Shown here piece by piece: positions 28,484 to 41,417 of a stretch of DNA of 64,000 bases. The stretch covers positions 10,087 through 74,086 of the forward strand of contig JAHBAS020000017.1 of the NCBI GenBank assembly GCA_018499965.2. The letters run 5' to 3'. How positions within the stretch are numbered: the first letter of the stretch is position 1; each line of letters begins with the position of its first letter. The notes under the pieces were generated by a model. The model ran no database searches. It was given only the letters and a program-made list of their open reading frames with translations, and had not been told where the DNA came from. The position numbers and the translations under genes were made by a program. This stretch comes from Candidatus Uhrbacteria bacterium (GTDB taxonomy: Bacteria; Patescibacteriota; Patescibacteriia; 2-12-FULL-60-25).

Positions 28484-29119
28484 TTACGCGCGTTCGAGCA
28501 CCGCAACCAACATCGTATCCGCCGGCAAATCCTTCTGCTGAATCTTCAAACGATTCATGTTTTCACGTTGACAGGATCCGATGTGCTTGCAGAAAGTTTC
28601 AACGTTTCCTAAAGATTTTTTCAAGCCAGGAAGGTCATAGTACAACGGTACAACGATCCGAGGCTCAATATCACTAATGACTTCTGCGGCAAGCGACGAA
28701 TCCATCACATCTCCCCCACCAACCGGAAGCATGAGCACGTCCACACGTTCCAAGCGCTCGAGTTCATCATTCGTCGGACGACGCTTGAGCTGACCGAAGA
28801 ATGCCACGGAAATCCCTTCGGCGAAAATGCGGTAGATGATATTGTCTTCAGCGATTTTCGGATCTTTAATGCCATTCACGAACACGCCTTTAACTTCATA
28901 TTCACCCGGACGAGAAATAATGAATGGTGATCCATTCACGCCTTCAAGGTTAAAGAGGTAACGATCCTCTTTACTCAAAAGCACGGCATCTGATTCCACG
29001 GTACGTGGAAAACGAATGGCGCTCTCATTCTCAAACGGATCCGTGATGATCGTACAAGACTGATCTCCGTTCTTCGCTTCAATACGGATGCTGGAATACC
29101 CGTGCCAAAAGAGTTGCAT
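28484..29119 (-). CDS. Metallo-beta-lactamase-fold hydrolase (UPF0173-like)
   Basis: MQLFWHGYSSIRIEAKNG...IITDPF and VDVLMLPVGGGDVMD fit the small MBL-fold family. The start is set at MQLFWHG. Confidence 0.65.
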   Translation of the reverse strand: MQLFWHGYSSIRIEAKNGDQSCTIITDPFENESAIRFPRTVESDAVLLSKEDRYLFNLEGVNGSPFIISRPGEYEVKGVFVNGIKDPKIAEDNIIYRIFAEGISVAFFGQLKRRPTNDELERLERVDVLMLPVGGGDVMDSSLAAEVISDIEPRIVVPLYYDLPGLKKSLGNVETFCKHIGSCQRENMNRLKIQQKDLPADTMLVAVLERA

Positions 29120-29271
29120 ATTACAGGCAAATCCTAGCATGGCATCCCCAGGACGGGAAGGGGTTTTTCCATAAAAAAAGGCCTGATTTTACGGGGGAAA
29201 TTCGGGGGTTTTCGTAAAAAGAAATCGAGGAAATACGGCCATGGTATGTACCGATTTCTCAAATAATTTCG

Positions 29272-29772
29272 TCAAGCTACCCCTCTCCCCACTCCCCTTC
29301 CCATCAACCCTCCCACGATCGCAATCGCAAGCGCGTCTGCAGCATCGTCCGGCTTTGGGATTTCTTTGAGCTTTAAAAGGCGCTTCACCATTTCCTGCAC
29401 CTGCTTCTTATCCGCCCCTCCCCATCCGGCAATCCCCTGCTTTACCTGATTCGGCGTCACGTCCACGATTGGAAGACCGGCGTCTGCGAGCGCAAGGAGG
29501 ATCACGCCGCGAGCCATACCGACCTGCATCGCGGTTTTAGCATTCGACTGAAAGAACAACGACTCCACACAGGAAACCTGGGGAGCAAAACGTCGGATCG
29601 CTTCGGCGATATCGGATCGAACCGCGGTCAAACGATCCACAAATGACATCTTGGGAGATGTTTCGACCACGCTATGCCATACATGCACGGCATCCGCGCC
29701 TTTCATATCGACAATCCCAATACCCGTCCGGCCAAAACCAGGATCAATGCCAATCACGCGCACGGGCTGCAT
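29272..29772 (-). CDS. ruvC: Crossover junction endodeoxyribonuclease RuvC
   Basis: MQPVRVIGIDPGFGRTGIGIV... carries the catalytic Asp. ESLFFQSNAKTAMQVGMARGV and PKPDDAADALAIAI are also present. Confidence 0.88.
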   Translation of the reverse strand: MQPVRVIGIDPGFGRTGIGIVDMKGADAVHVWHSVVETSPKMSFVDRLTAVRSDIAEAIRRFAPQVSCVESLFFQSNAKTAMQVGMARGVILLALADAGLPIVDVTPNQVKQGIAGWGGADKKQVQEMVKRLLKLKEIPKPDDAADALAIAIVGGLMGRGVGRGVA

Positions 29773-29854
29773 ATAGGAATAGCGTACGCGAAACGCGAGA
29801 GGGCGGCAAAGCTTGAGCATTTCCCAATCACCCATTTACCAATCAGCCCCTGCG

Positions 29855-30478
29855 ATGGCATACTCTTGCCATATGAAAGAATCAGGCTCTACGCCGAAAT
29901 CATTCAACATCGAAACGATTCCCCAAACCCCATCCCTTCCAGATGACACGATCTCTCCCCCAGAAACGACCTTGATTTCCCTTTCACAAGAGACGTCAAA
30001 ACGCCAAATCGAAATCGAACAGGCGGCCGAAGACCAATTTACGCAGCGTATGGTGCAAATCCTCATGCACGGCGATGCGTTCCTTGCCGGAAAAACAGGC
30101 TGGGAGGAGCATTTTTCCACGATGAAGGACATCCTAGCGGAAAACATGACAAAAGGACGCGCACATATCCCTGAAGAAGAGGTGGAACAAGCGATCATCA
30201 ACGGGTATCGTCGCGCCATCAAGGAAATCAAGAATCTTCCCTCCCGACTCTCGCTTGATCCAGAAACCGTGGAACGCATGAAGCATCGCGCTAGTGAAAT
30301 CCTGGCGTCTTTTCAAGAACAGAAGGATGGGGATGAAGCTGCAGGGAACAGCATTCACATCACGAATGAAAAGCGAACTCGAGAATCCGTTTTCGCAAAT
30401 ACTCCGACGCACGCCATAGCGCCAAAAAAACAAGCTGCGTGGCTAAAAGGAAAAAAGCCAAGCCAAAAAAAGAAATAA
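29855..30478 (+). CDS. Hypothetical protein with Lys-rich C-terminus
   Basis: Intact ORF divergent from ruvC, ending at a strong terminator. The start is ambiguous (ATG at 29855 or 29873; the track start at 29813 would overlap the ruvC region). Confidence 0.5.
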   Translation: MAYSCHMKESGSTPKSFNIETIPQTPSLPDDTISPPETTLISLSQETSKRQIEIEQAAEDQFTQRMVQILMHGDAFLAGKTGWEEHFSTMKDILAENMTKGRAHIPEEEVEQAIINGYRRAIKEIKNLPSRLSLDPETVERMKHRASEILASFQEQKDGDEAAGNSIHITNEKRTRESVFANTPTHAIAPKKQAAWLKGKKPSQKKK

Positions 30479-30486
30479 GTCCCATT

Positions 30487-30522
30487 AAAAAAACCTCCCC
30501 GATCACTCGGGGAGGTTTTTTT
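30487..30522. terminator. Bidirectional rho-independent terminator (shared with rpoC)
   Basis: A7, CCTCCCCGA, TCAC, TCGGGGAGG, T7. A perfect 9-bp stem. Confidence 0.85.
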
Positions 30523-30535
30523 ATCTTCTCTGCCC

Positions 30536-33500
30536 TTATGCGACAGCGGGACCAGTATCCCCTTCGTAAGCTTCATCAAGCTCCTCATCGGTCTGGTACT
30601 CTTCTCCGGCATGGAACCCTGTTCCTGCAGGAATCAAGCGACCAATGATCACGTTTTCCTTCAACCCCTCAAGGTTATCGATCTTGCCGGTAATCGCGGC
30701 GTTGATGAGCACCTTAGCCGTCTCCTGGAAGGATGCGGCGGAAAGGAAGGATTCCGTAGAGAGGGAGATCTTCGTAATACCCATGAAGAGATCGTCAGCG
30801 ATAGACGGCTTCTTGCCCTCTTCCTCTGCACGCTCATTCTCCATGCGATAACGGGCACGATCCACCACCTCACCCGGCAAGAGTTCCGTATCACCAGCGT
30901 CTTTCACGTACACGCGGCTGAACATCTGACGGATGATGATTTCCACGTGCTTCGCATTGAGCTTTTGTCCCTGCGAGGCGTAGATGAACAACGTTTCCTT
31001 CAAGACGTAGCGCATGACCGCTTCGCGACCCTTCAATTGGAAGAGCTGGATAAGGTCCATGTGACCTTCGGTCAACGCATCTCCAGGCGTTACTTCATCA
31101 CCATCCTTCACGAGCAACTGGAAGCCGACAGGCACCGGATACTCCAACACGGCAGGACCTTCCCAAATCACCTTCAAGCCCTTGCTCTGCGTGGCGACGG
31201 TTCCATCATGTTCGGCCTTCATTTCCGTGCCGTCCGCCTTGAGGATCAAGGTCTGTCCGGCCTTCACCTTTACGCCATCTTTGACCTGGGCCTTGTCACC
31301 CGTCTCGCGGACGAAGACATCTTCCTGCATAGCGATGTGTTCGACGCAGACCATCTTGCCACCGGAGTTCGTATCGAAGACACGTTCACCGTTTGTCAGT
31401 TCGATGATGCGACGTTCACCTGCGATGATCTTGATCTTACCGGCAACTTCCGTCACAACCGCCTTGCGCTTTGGCGTACGAGCTTCGAAGAGTTCTTCCA
31501 CGCGAGGAAGACCCATCGTGATGTCGCCACCGGCGACGCCTCCCATGTGGAAGGTACGCATCGTAAGCTGCGTTCCCGGTTCACCAATGGACTGTGCAGC
31601 GATGATACCCACGGCCGTTCCCATCTTCACCTGCTCGTTGTACGAGAGGTCGTATCCGTAGCACTGCTGACAAATGCCGCGCTTACAGAGACACGTTAAC
31701 ACGGAACGGACATGCGCTTCCTGAAGATCCTTCTTTTCGATCTGCTTAATGTGATCCTGCGTGATGAGCGTTCCCTTTGGAAGCAACACTTCTTTCGTCG
31801 TGCCATCCTTCAAATCACTCATGAGCACGCGACCCATCAAACGCGTAAGCAATGGTTCACCGATGTATTCACATTCCTTGGCTTCGAGAAGCACACCGAT
31901 CGTGTCGCCACAGTCTTCTTCACCGACTACCACATCCTGCGCCACGTCCACGAGACGACGCGTGAGGTATCCGGCGTTCGCGGTCTTCAAGGCCGTATCG
32001 GTCAAACCCTTTCGGGCACCGTGGGAAGAGATGAAGTACTCAAGCACATCAAGACCTTTGCGTAACGAAGATTTCACCGGAAGCTCGATGATGTTTCCAG
32101 ATGGGTTTGCCACCAAACCCTTCATGCCGGACACGTTCGTGAGCTGACCGATAGAACCTCGAGCACCGGATTCGATCATGGAGTAAATCGTTCCGCTTGG
32201 ATCAAGAGATTCCTTACATAAACGCTGCACACGATCCTTCACGTCCGACCATGTCTTGATGATCTGGTTATAACGCTCGGACTTCGTGAGCAATCCTTCT
32301 GCGTACTGCGATTCGATATCACGAACCTTTCCTTCGCCCTCTTCGAGCAAGAGCTTCTTTTTCGCTTCGAGATCCGGAAGGTCGCCCATGCCGTACGAGA
32401 AGCCAGACTTCGTGGCGTACTTAAAGCCCATCTCTTTGACTTCATCAAGGAAGCGGGCCGTACGCTCGAATCCACGGACGTCAATCGTGACGCGCGTAAT
32501 TTCTGCGAGCTGCTTGACGCCAATCGGTTCATTGCGGAATCCGATTTCCTTCGGGAAAAGTTCGTTCAAGAGCAAGCGTCCGACGTTCGTTTCCACGATC
32601 GTACCGCCGTACTCAATCGGAAGGCGCGTCTTGATACGCTGTCGGATGTCGATCTTTCCCGCCTGATACGCATACACCGCTTCACGGACGGATCCGAATG
32701 TCTTCACCTTCTCGCCCTCTGCCGGCTCAAGCATGGTCGTCATGTAGAACGCTCCCCACGCGATATCCTTATCCGGACGCGCCACTGGCTGACCAGTAGC
32801 CGGCTTCAATAAGTTATTCGTGGACAACATGAGGTTGCGTGCTTCCTGGCGAGCCTCATCCGTCAACGGAACGTGAACGGCCATTTGGTCTCCGTCGAAG
32901 TCCGCGTTGAAAGCGGAACAAACCATCGGATGGATCTGAATGGCTTTTCCTTCGATCAACACCGGCTGGAATCCTTGGATACCCAAACGGTGAAGCGTTG
33001 GAGCGCGGTTCAAAAGCACCACGGCGTTCTTCGCGATCACTTCCAAAATATCCCACACATCCGAATGATCCGCTTCGATGTATCGGTTCGCGCTACGAAT
33101 GTTATGGACGACTTCACGCTTGATCAATTCCGAAATGATGAACGGACGGAACAATTCGAGCGCCATGATCTTTGGCAAGCCACACTGGTCCATACGAAGC
33201 GTTGGACCGATCACGATGACCGAACGACCGGAGTAGTCGATACGCTTACCGAGCAAGTTCTGACGGAAACGACCCTGCTTACCCTTAAGGGAGTCTGCGA
33301 GCGACTTCAACTGACGCTTCTTTCCGGTTGCCGCGATCACGGTCTTGGAATGGCGCGCGCTGTTGTCGATGAGCGAGTCCACCGCTTCCTGAAGCATACG
33401 CTTCTCGTTTCGCGTAATGACTTCCGGTGCATTCAATTCCACGAGACGCTTGAGACGATTGTTGCGGTTGATCACGCGACGGTACAAGTCGTTCAAATCA

Positions 33501-34501
33501 GAGGTCGCAAAACGACCGCCATCGAGCGGAACCATCGGACGCAAATCCGGTGGGATCACTGGCACGACTTTTAAGATCATCCAGCTCGGATCAAGTCCTT
33601 GGATGATGAACGACTTCAAGAGCTTCAAGCGACGGATCACACGATCGCGCTTGGCATCGGAAGCGGTTTCAAGATCCTTCTGGAGCACTTCAACCGTAGC
33701 CGACACATCCATCTTGCCCAACAATTCGTTCACGGCTTCAGCGCCGATCTTCGCTTCGAACACGTGGCCGAACTTCAAAGAGAGTTCGTGGTATTCGACT
33801 TCGGACATCACCTTGAGCGGCTTGAGATCCTTGAGTTCTTTTTCAGCGGATCCGAATTCATCATCGAGTTCTTCGAGACGATTCATCTTGGTCTGGTGGA
33901 GCTTCTCCAAAAGATCTTCCGCTTCCTTTTTCTTCAATCCTTCCTGAGCCGCCTTGGCGTTCGCACGTTCCACTTCACGCTCATATTCCGATTCGATCCC
34001 CTTGCGCTTTCCCTTGTATTCCGCACGAAGCTGCTCGAGCGTGTTCACGCGCAAATCCTCATCAACATCCGTCACGATGAAGTTCGCAAAGTAGATAACT
34101 TTCTCAAGAGCCTGCACGCTCATGTCGAGCGTGGTACCGACTTTGGACGGCACGCCGCGAAGGAACCAGATATGGCTCACCGGAGCGGCGAGTTCGATAT
34201 GACCCATGCGCTCACGACGGACGAGCGAGTGCGTGACTTCCACGCCACACTTGTCACACACGATCCCCTTGTAGCGGATCTTCTTATACTTTCCACAGTA
34301 ACACTCCCAGTCCTTGGATGGTCCAAAGATTTCTTCAGCGAATAATCCGGATTTTTCCGGCTTCTGCGTTCGGTAGTTGATCGTTTCTGGCTTCGTAACT
34401 TCCCCGTACGACCAGCCACGAATGCATTCCGGCGACGCCAACTTCAAACGCATGGCGTCGAAGTCGGTCGTTTTGATGTTCTCCGTTTGGAAGAATGGCA
34501 T
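30536..34501 (-). CDS. rpoC: DNA-directed RNA polymerase subunit beta-prime
   Basis: Zn-finger region CYCGKYKKIRYKGIVCDKCGVEV, catalytic NADFDGDQMAVHVPL, and bridge-helix/trigger-loop regions are recognisable. Confidence 0.97.
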   Translation of the reverse strand: MPFFQTENIKTTDFDAMRLKLASPECIRGWSYGEVTKPETINYRTQKPEKSGLFAEEIFGPSKDWECYCGKYKKIRYKGIVCDKCGVEVTHSLVRRERMGHIELAAPVSHIWFLRGVPSKVGTTLDMSVQALEKVIYFANFIVTDVDEDLRVNTLEQLRAEYKGKRKGIESEYEREVERANAKAAQEGLKKKEAEDLLEKLHQTKMNRLEELDDEFGSAEKELKDLKPLKVMSEVEYHELSLKFGHVFEAKIGAEAVNELLGKMDVSATVEVLQKDLETASDAKRDRVIRRLKLLKSFIIQGLDPSWMILKVVPVIPPDLRPMVPLDGGRFATSDLNDLYRRVINRNNRLKRLVELNAPEVITRNEKRMLQEAVDSLIDNSARHSKTVIAATGKKRQLKSLADSLKGKQGRFRQNLLGKRIDYSGRSVIVIGPTLRMDQCGLPKIMALELFRPFIISELIKREVVHNIRSANRYIEADHSDVWDILEVIAKNAVVLLNRAPTLHRLGIQGFQPVLIEGKAIQIHPMVCSAFNADFDGDQMAVHVPLTDEARQEARNLMLSTNNLLKPATGQPVARPDKDIAWGAFYMTTMLEPAEGEKVKTFGSVREAVYAYQAGKIDIRQRIKTRLPIEYGGTIVETNVGRLLLNELFPKEIGFRNEPIGVKQLAEITRVTIDVRGFERTARFLDEVKEMGFKYATKSGFSYGMGDLPDLEAKKKLLLEEGEGKVRDIESQYAEGLLTKSERYNQIIKTWSDVKDRVQRLCKESLDPSGTIYSMIESGARGSIGQLTNVSGMKGLVANPSGNIIELPVKSSLRKGLDVLEYFISSHGARKGLTDTALKTANAGYLTRRLVDVAQDVVVGEEDCGDTIGVLLEAKECEYIGEPLLTRLMGRVLMSDLKDGTTKEVLLPKGTLITQDHIKQIEKKDLQEAHVRSVLTCLCKRGICQQCYGYDLSYNEQVKMGTAVGIIAAQSIGEPGTQLTMRTFHMGGVAGGDITMGLPRVEELFEARTPKRKAVVTEVAGKIKIIAGERRIIELTNGERVFDTNSGGKMVCVEHIAMQEDVFVRETGDKAQVKDGVKVKAGQTLILKADGTEMKAEHDGTVATQSKGLKVIWEGPAVLEYPVPVGFQLLVKDGDEVTPGDALTEGHMDLIQLFQLKGREAVMRYVLKETLFIYASQGQKLNAKHVEIIIRQMFSRVYVKDAGDTELLPGEVVDRARYRMENERAEEEGKKPSIADDLFMGITKISLSTESFLSAASFQETAKVLINAAITGKIDNLEGLKENVIIGRLIPAGTGFHAGEEYQTDEELDEAYEGDTGPAVA

Positions 34502-34516
34502 AAAGATAGACGAGGA

Positions 34517-38047
<3,531 letters not shown>

Positions 38048-38492
38048 GAAGGTGTAAGAAAATCACGGAGACCAATCCCACTTCCACCCCAACAAAGCAG
38101 ACATGTCGGCTGGGGACGCCGGGGGAAGAGGCAGTGACTGGACGTGATGAGAATGAGTGCGTAGTTCGGTAGGAAACCCGCCTTCGAGTCATAAAGACTC
38201 GATACTCGTACGGGTTCGTACCTGCGCAGCAGACAAGACGCAAACACCTCCCGTGACGAGTCTGTCGGGAGGTCTCTGTATCTTTCTGCTCAGGAATGTG
38301 TCATTGAACCGTTGAAGGCGCTCAAGGTTCTTGACCGTTCTTCGATATGAAAGAGAGGCGCCTGTTTGCATCTCTCTCAATATGAGGAACGTATGCGCGC
38401 GCGGAGGATAACGAAAAAACGACCAAACGTCAAGGTAAACAGTGGATAAGGCTCGAAATACGGCTTTATAGAGGCTATTTTGCCTAACACCC

Positions 38493-38521
38493 TTGACAAA
38501 ATTCCCGTTTTCGTGTATGGT
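38493..38521 (+). promoter_or_regulatory. Sigma70-like promoter TTGACA-17-TATGGT
   Basis: Hexamers at 38493..38498 and 38516..38521 with an exact 17-nt spacer. Confidence 0.5.
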
Positions 38522-38527
38522 TTCTTG

Positions 38528-38850
38528 TTCTTTAGAAAGAGGTCATGCCCCTGCAAACCATACCTGAACCCGGTTCAGATCTGATTTGCGAGGGCTGTAT
38601 GCCCTCGCGCCCCTTTCAAAAAAGAGGAGACCCGCATCTAGGACGTTTCCTAGATTGCGCCGCAGCCCCACAAGGCTGCACAAAGCGGACCCAGCTCAAG
38701 GATCACACGACTGAGCGGCCCCATGCTTCCGCTCACCCATACGATCTTTGGCCTTCCGCGCCACCCCCCCCCACCACTGCCGGGCGATCCTCTCCCAGCA
38801 ACCCAAGAAACCCTACGTTGAAGCGATACCCCCTACCAGGTATCGCTTTT
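38528..38850 (+). ncRNA. Candidate structured RNA (about 320 nt), family unknown
   Basis: Bounded by the promoter above and a terminator hairpin (AAGCGATACC/GGTATCGCTT plus T run, 38821..38850). Contains at least four perfect 6-8 bp hairpins. The only ORF is Pro-rich, low-complexity, and reads through the terminator. Confidence 0.35.
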
Positions 38851-38863
38851 ACATTACAAAAAA

Positions 38864-38903
38864 TAAGTCCGTAAGTCCGTAAGTCCGTAAGTCCGTAAGT
38901 CCG
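38864..38903. repeat. Perfect tandem octamer repeat (TAAGTCCG) x5
   Basis: Read directly from the sequence. Inverted, degenerate copies (CCTACGGAC) follow at 38950..38982. Confidence 0.95.
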
Positions 38904-39004
38904 CCGAGAGTTTCGATTTTTGAGATACTTTCGTCAAGCTGCATTTCGACCTACGGACACACGGACCTACAATCCTACGGACCCATCCCCCATGCCTATC
39001 TATC

Positions 39005-39033
39005 TTGACATTTTTTCCATTTTCTGTTACGGT
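39005..39033 (+). promoter_or_regulatory. Sigma70-like promoter TTGACA-17-TACGGT
   Basis: Hexamers at 39005..39010 and 39028..39033, about 470 nt upstream of the next credible ATG (39506). Confidence 0.4.
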
Positions 39034-39505
39034 CGTTAATCACATTTAGAGATAAAGGGTTCTCTAAATACGTTCCTTGGGTATGTGGGAATAAGACAGA
39101 TATACATCGTCCCGACTGGCATGGAGGGGGCGCTGGTTTCGATCGAATTCGAAGCGCGAAAACTTCGCGCTTGTACAGAACCGAGATCAGTTAAAAGCAT
39201 CGCGTGCATCATCGTGCTCCGGCGAACGCTGGACCAACGCGCACAACATGTGAAAGCTCCGCTCGAACGTAACACTTGTTGCGGCTTGAGCACTAGACTC
39301 CATGCCTGTCCGGAGGAAGGCGATGGTTGAAAGGAGGTAAATCGGGGGTGGCGTTTTCCGTCGTTCAGGCGTGCATGCGGACGCGTGAACGACGGGCAAC
39401 AGCCCGACAACACATCTTTTATTTTCAACCACGTTCTATCTGCGCGACAACGCGCACATTCACAACCGAGGAATAAGGTCGGATCACCGACCGGAAAAGG
39501 AAGCC

Positions 39506-40540
39506 ATGACCCAGAAGAAACTGACAATGTCGTTTCCTGTCGAAGACGAAATCAACGGAGTTCCCGTTGGACATCCACGCTTCATGCTTCATTGCAGGGC
39601 TAGTGCTGACAAATACGAAGTGGAATGGAAAGTAAGTTGCAGCCTACCTGACGATGATCGAAACGTAGACACATTCGAGATCACCTTGAATACATGCGTG
39701 AACGATGAGGATATTCATCCTGATCTACAGAATCTAAACAAGGCCATCTCAACAGCAAAAGACACCGTGCTTAGGGCGATAAATGAAAACATCGCCTTCG
39801 CTCAGCTTGAAGCGCCGGACCTCGGACTTCAGCTTATAAGCAAAGACCAACTTAGTACCAACTCAGTTATCAAACAGTGGAGAGATGGCTTGCTGAGTAG
39901 TCTACAGGGAATCGATAAAACTCTTCCTCATCCAATCAAAGGAGGCGAAGTATCGATCTGGGCGCTCTTGAGCAAACTGATCGAGCTTCACAGCGAAAGA
40001 CACAGAGCCATCTCAAGCGGACGAAGGAATGATCGCATCATATCAATCGCACTTGATCGGTACCTGCTAAAACATGGTGTCAATCTGACTGAAAATGATG
40101 CAATGGCGCTAAAGCAACTAAAAGCAGAAGATGGCGCTACCGTACTGTTCCAACTCGAACCACTGGAGAAAGCGAAGGAATTGCTACAAGAAACCAACGC
40201 GACAGCCCTGAGTACCGAAAGGATATTTGCGGGTGTAGACGTCATCATGGACGCGCTTCAGCCACGCAATCAAGGAAAAGCCGTCATTCGTAACGAGAGT
40301 TATGCGTGCTTCCCTCCTACGGCAGAGCTCGTCCCAACCGGAGACGTGCAGCAATATCTCGATGCTAATGTCGAAAAAGGGATCATCGGTGCAAAATATG
40401 ATGAGCATTGGATCTTTTGGATCGTGGAGCGCAACATGCTGATCGGCCTGCTGGATAGCTGGCAGAGATATCAGCAGAACGACATTCCCAGACTCGTACT
40501 AGGAGCACTCAAAGCACCTCCCCCTTCCGAAGAGACCTGA
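39506..40540 (+). CDS. Orphan hypothetical protein (344 aa)
   Basis: Clean ORF with ordinary composition, followed by a 12-bp hairpin (40559..40592). No motif that I recognise and no TM segment. Confidence 0.7.
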   Translation: MTQKKLTMSFPVEDEINGVPVGHPRFMLHCRASADKYEVEWKVSCSLPDDDRNVDTFEITLNTCVNDEDIHPDLQNLNKAISTAKDTVLRAINENIAFAQLEAPDLGLQLISKDQLSTNSVIKQWRDGLLSSLQGIDKTLPHPIKGGEVSIWALLSKLIELHSERHRAISSGRRNDRIISIALDRYLLKHGVNLTENDAMALKQLKAEDGATVLFQLEPLEKAKELLQETNATALSTERIFAGVDVIMDALQPRNQGKAVIRNESYACFPPTAELVPTGDVQQYLDANVEKGIIGAKYDEHWIFWIVERNMLIGLLDSWQRYQQNDIPRLVLGALKAPPPSEET

Positions 40541-40937
40541 TTCCTCGTTCTATCGTGCAGGACGGGCGTAGTTTTTTTTCTACGCTCGTCCCGCGCTCCT
40601 TTCGGATGTCATGCGGAAACGCATGACCATCGAAAAGGTCGACCTTGAAAAAGGCACGATCCGTTCTTTCCACCTTCGGTTCGATGATCGAAAGATTATC
40701 GCGGCCGAAACATGTGCGAGTATCACACGCGCATCTGTTTCGGTTGTTCCCCTACACGGGAACCACCACCGCACATTCTTATTGAGGAGAGAACGATTCG
40801 CCACCACGAATCGTGTCGCGATACGCGACTCAATACTTGGGAGGCCGTAGGGAACGTTTTCTACGACCTCCCAGCCTCTTCCGCGCTGAAATAGCATCAA
40901 TTTCATCGAGGATGAGGCTGTCATCCACATCTACGAA

Positions 40938-40965
40938 TTGACGGGAACCTGCATGGACGTATAAT
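40938..40965 (+). promoter_or_regulatory. Sigma70-like promoter TTGACG-16-TATAAT
   Basis: Hexamers at 40938..40943 and 40960..40965. GGAGG follows at 40975..40979. Confidence 0.55.
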
Positions 40966-40989
40966 GTACGTCCCGGAGGCAAAGGGTGT

Positions 40990-41154
40990 ATGTTGAACCT
41001 TGATAGTGAAACACAGTATTATCTGCTTGTTAGTCTAGGCACGGGTCTCGTAGGAGCAATCCTATGGCTCGGACTGGTGCGCAGTCCCGTAACGCGACGA
41101 TTCTCACGATCTTCGCACAACGTCTATTATCGACCGCTCCCGCGCATCGATTAA
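40990..41154 (+). CDS. Candidate small membrane peptide (54 aa; below the ORF-track cutoff)
   Basis: The ATG lies 10 nt after GGAGG. Translation is MLNLDSETQYYLLVSLGTGLVGAILWLGLVRSPVTRRFSRSSHNVYYRPLPRID, with one clear TM helix followed by a basic tail. Confidence 0.45.
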   Translation: MLNLDSETQYYLLVSLGTGLVGAILWLGLVRSPVTRRFSRSSHNVYYRPLPRID

Positions 41155-41417
41155 CAAGCATTCAGTCTTCTTTCAGTCTCTCCTTATCTAGACTGCTCTC
41201 GTGTATGCACTTATACATTTGAGGGCAGCTGTCCGAAGCCCCCGAAGATCGGGAGCTACGGTCAGAAAGATTCGCTCGGAGCGGACTGCGGCAGGGAGTA
41301 CGTCACTCGGGAATCTTATTTGACGGCCCGTTCCGATGAAAATCGGGACTCTCTCTCCTCCCGTCGATTGAGACGCCCACTCTCGACGTGGCTACCTGTT
41401 GCAGCCCACTCCGCACG

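Noticed and set aside
38150-38240. A tRNA-like fragment (GTAGTTCGGTAGG..., CGAGTC-ATAAA-GACTCG, GTACGGGTTCGTAC) upstream of rpoB.
   Set aside because: The putative anticodon loop has 5 nt and no U33. The 'T arm' has a 4-nt loop. No acceptor stem can be drawn.
38761-38777. The C-run ending ...CCCCCCCACCA could be the 3' acceptor end of a circularly permuted two-piece tmRNA pairing with the GGGGGCG at 39125.
   Set aside because: Only 6 of 7 acceptor pairs would form. No T-loop precedes the C-run. The two halves are separated by a terminator, a tandem repeat and a promoter. The idea is too speculative without a covariance-model hit.
38545-38874. 109-aa plus-strand ORF (MPLQTIPEPGSDL...), which could be read as a small Pro-rich protein.
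   Set aside because: It is about 18% Pro and low complexity, with a GAGG only 2-3 nt from its ATG. The ORF also runs through a perfect terminator stem-loop and into the octamer repeat. I treated the region as a candidate RNA instead. Proteomics could overturn this.
39126-39144. GGGGCGCTGGTTTCGATCG resembles the 5' acceptor/D-loop-like start of tmRNA (GGGG..GG.TTCGAC).
   Set aside because: Within 500 nt downstream there is no T-arm (GGTTCGAnTCC-like) and no complementary CGCCCCC-ACCA 3' end. No reading frame ends in an ALAA-like tag. The match is probably chance.
40580-40930. Overlapping ORFs of 116 aa (minus) and 79 aa (plus, 40611..40850).
   Set aside because: Both are Arg/Ser/Trp-rich and unlike the other proteins here. 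They overlap each other completely. The minus ORF ends inside the 40559..40592 hairpin. I treated the stretch as non-coding or a decayed gene.
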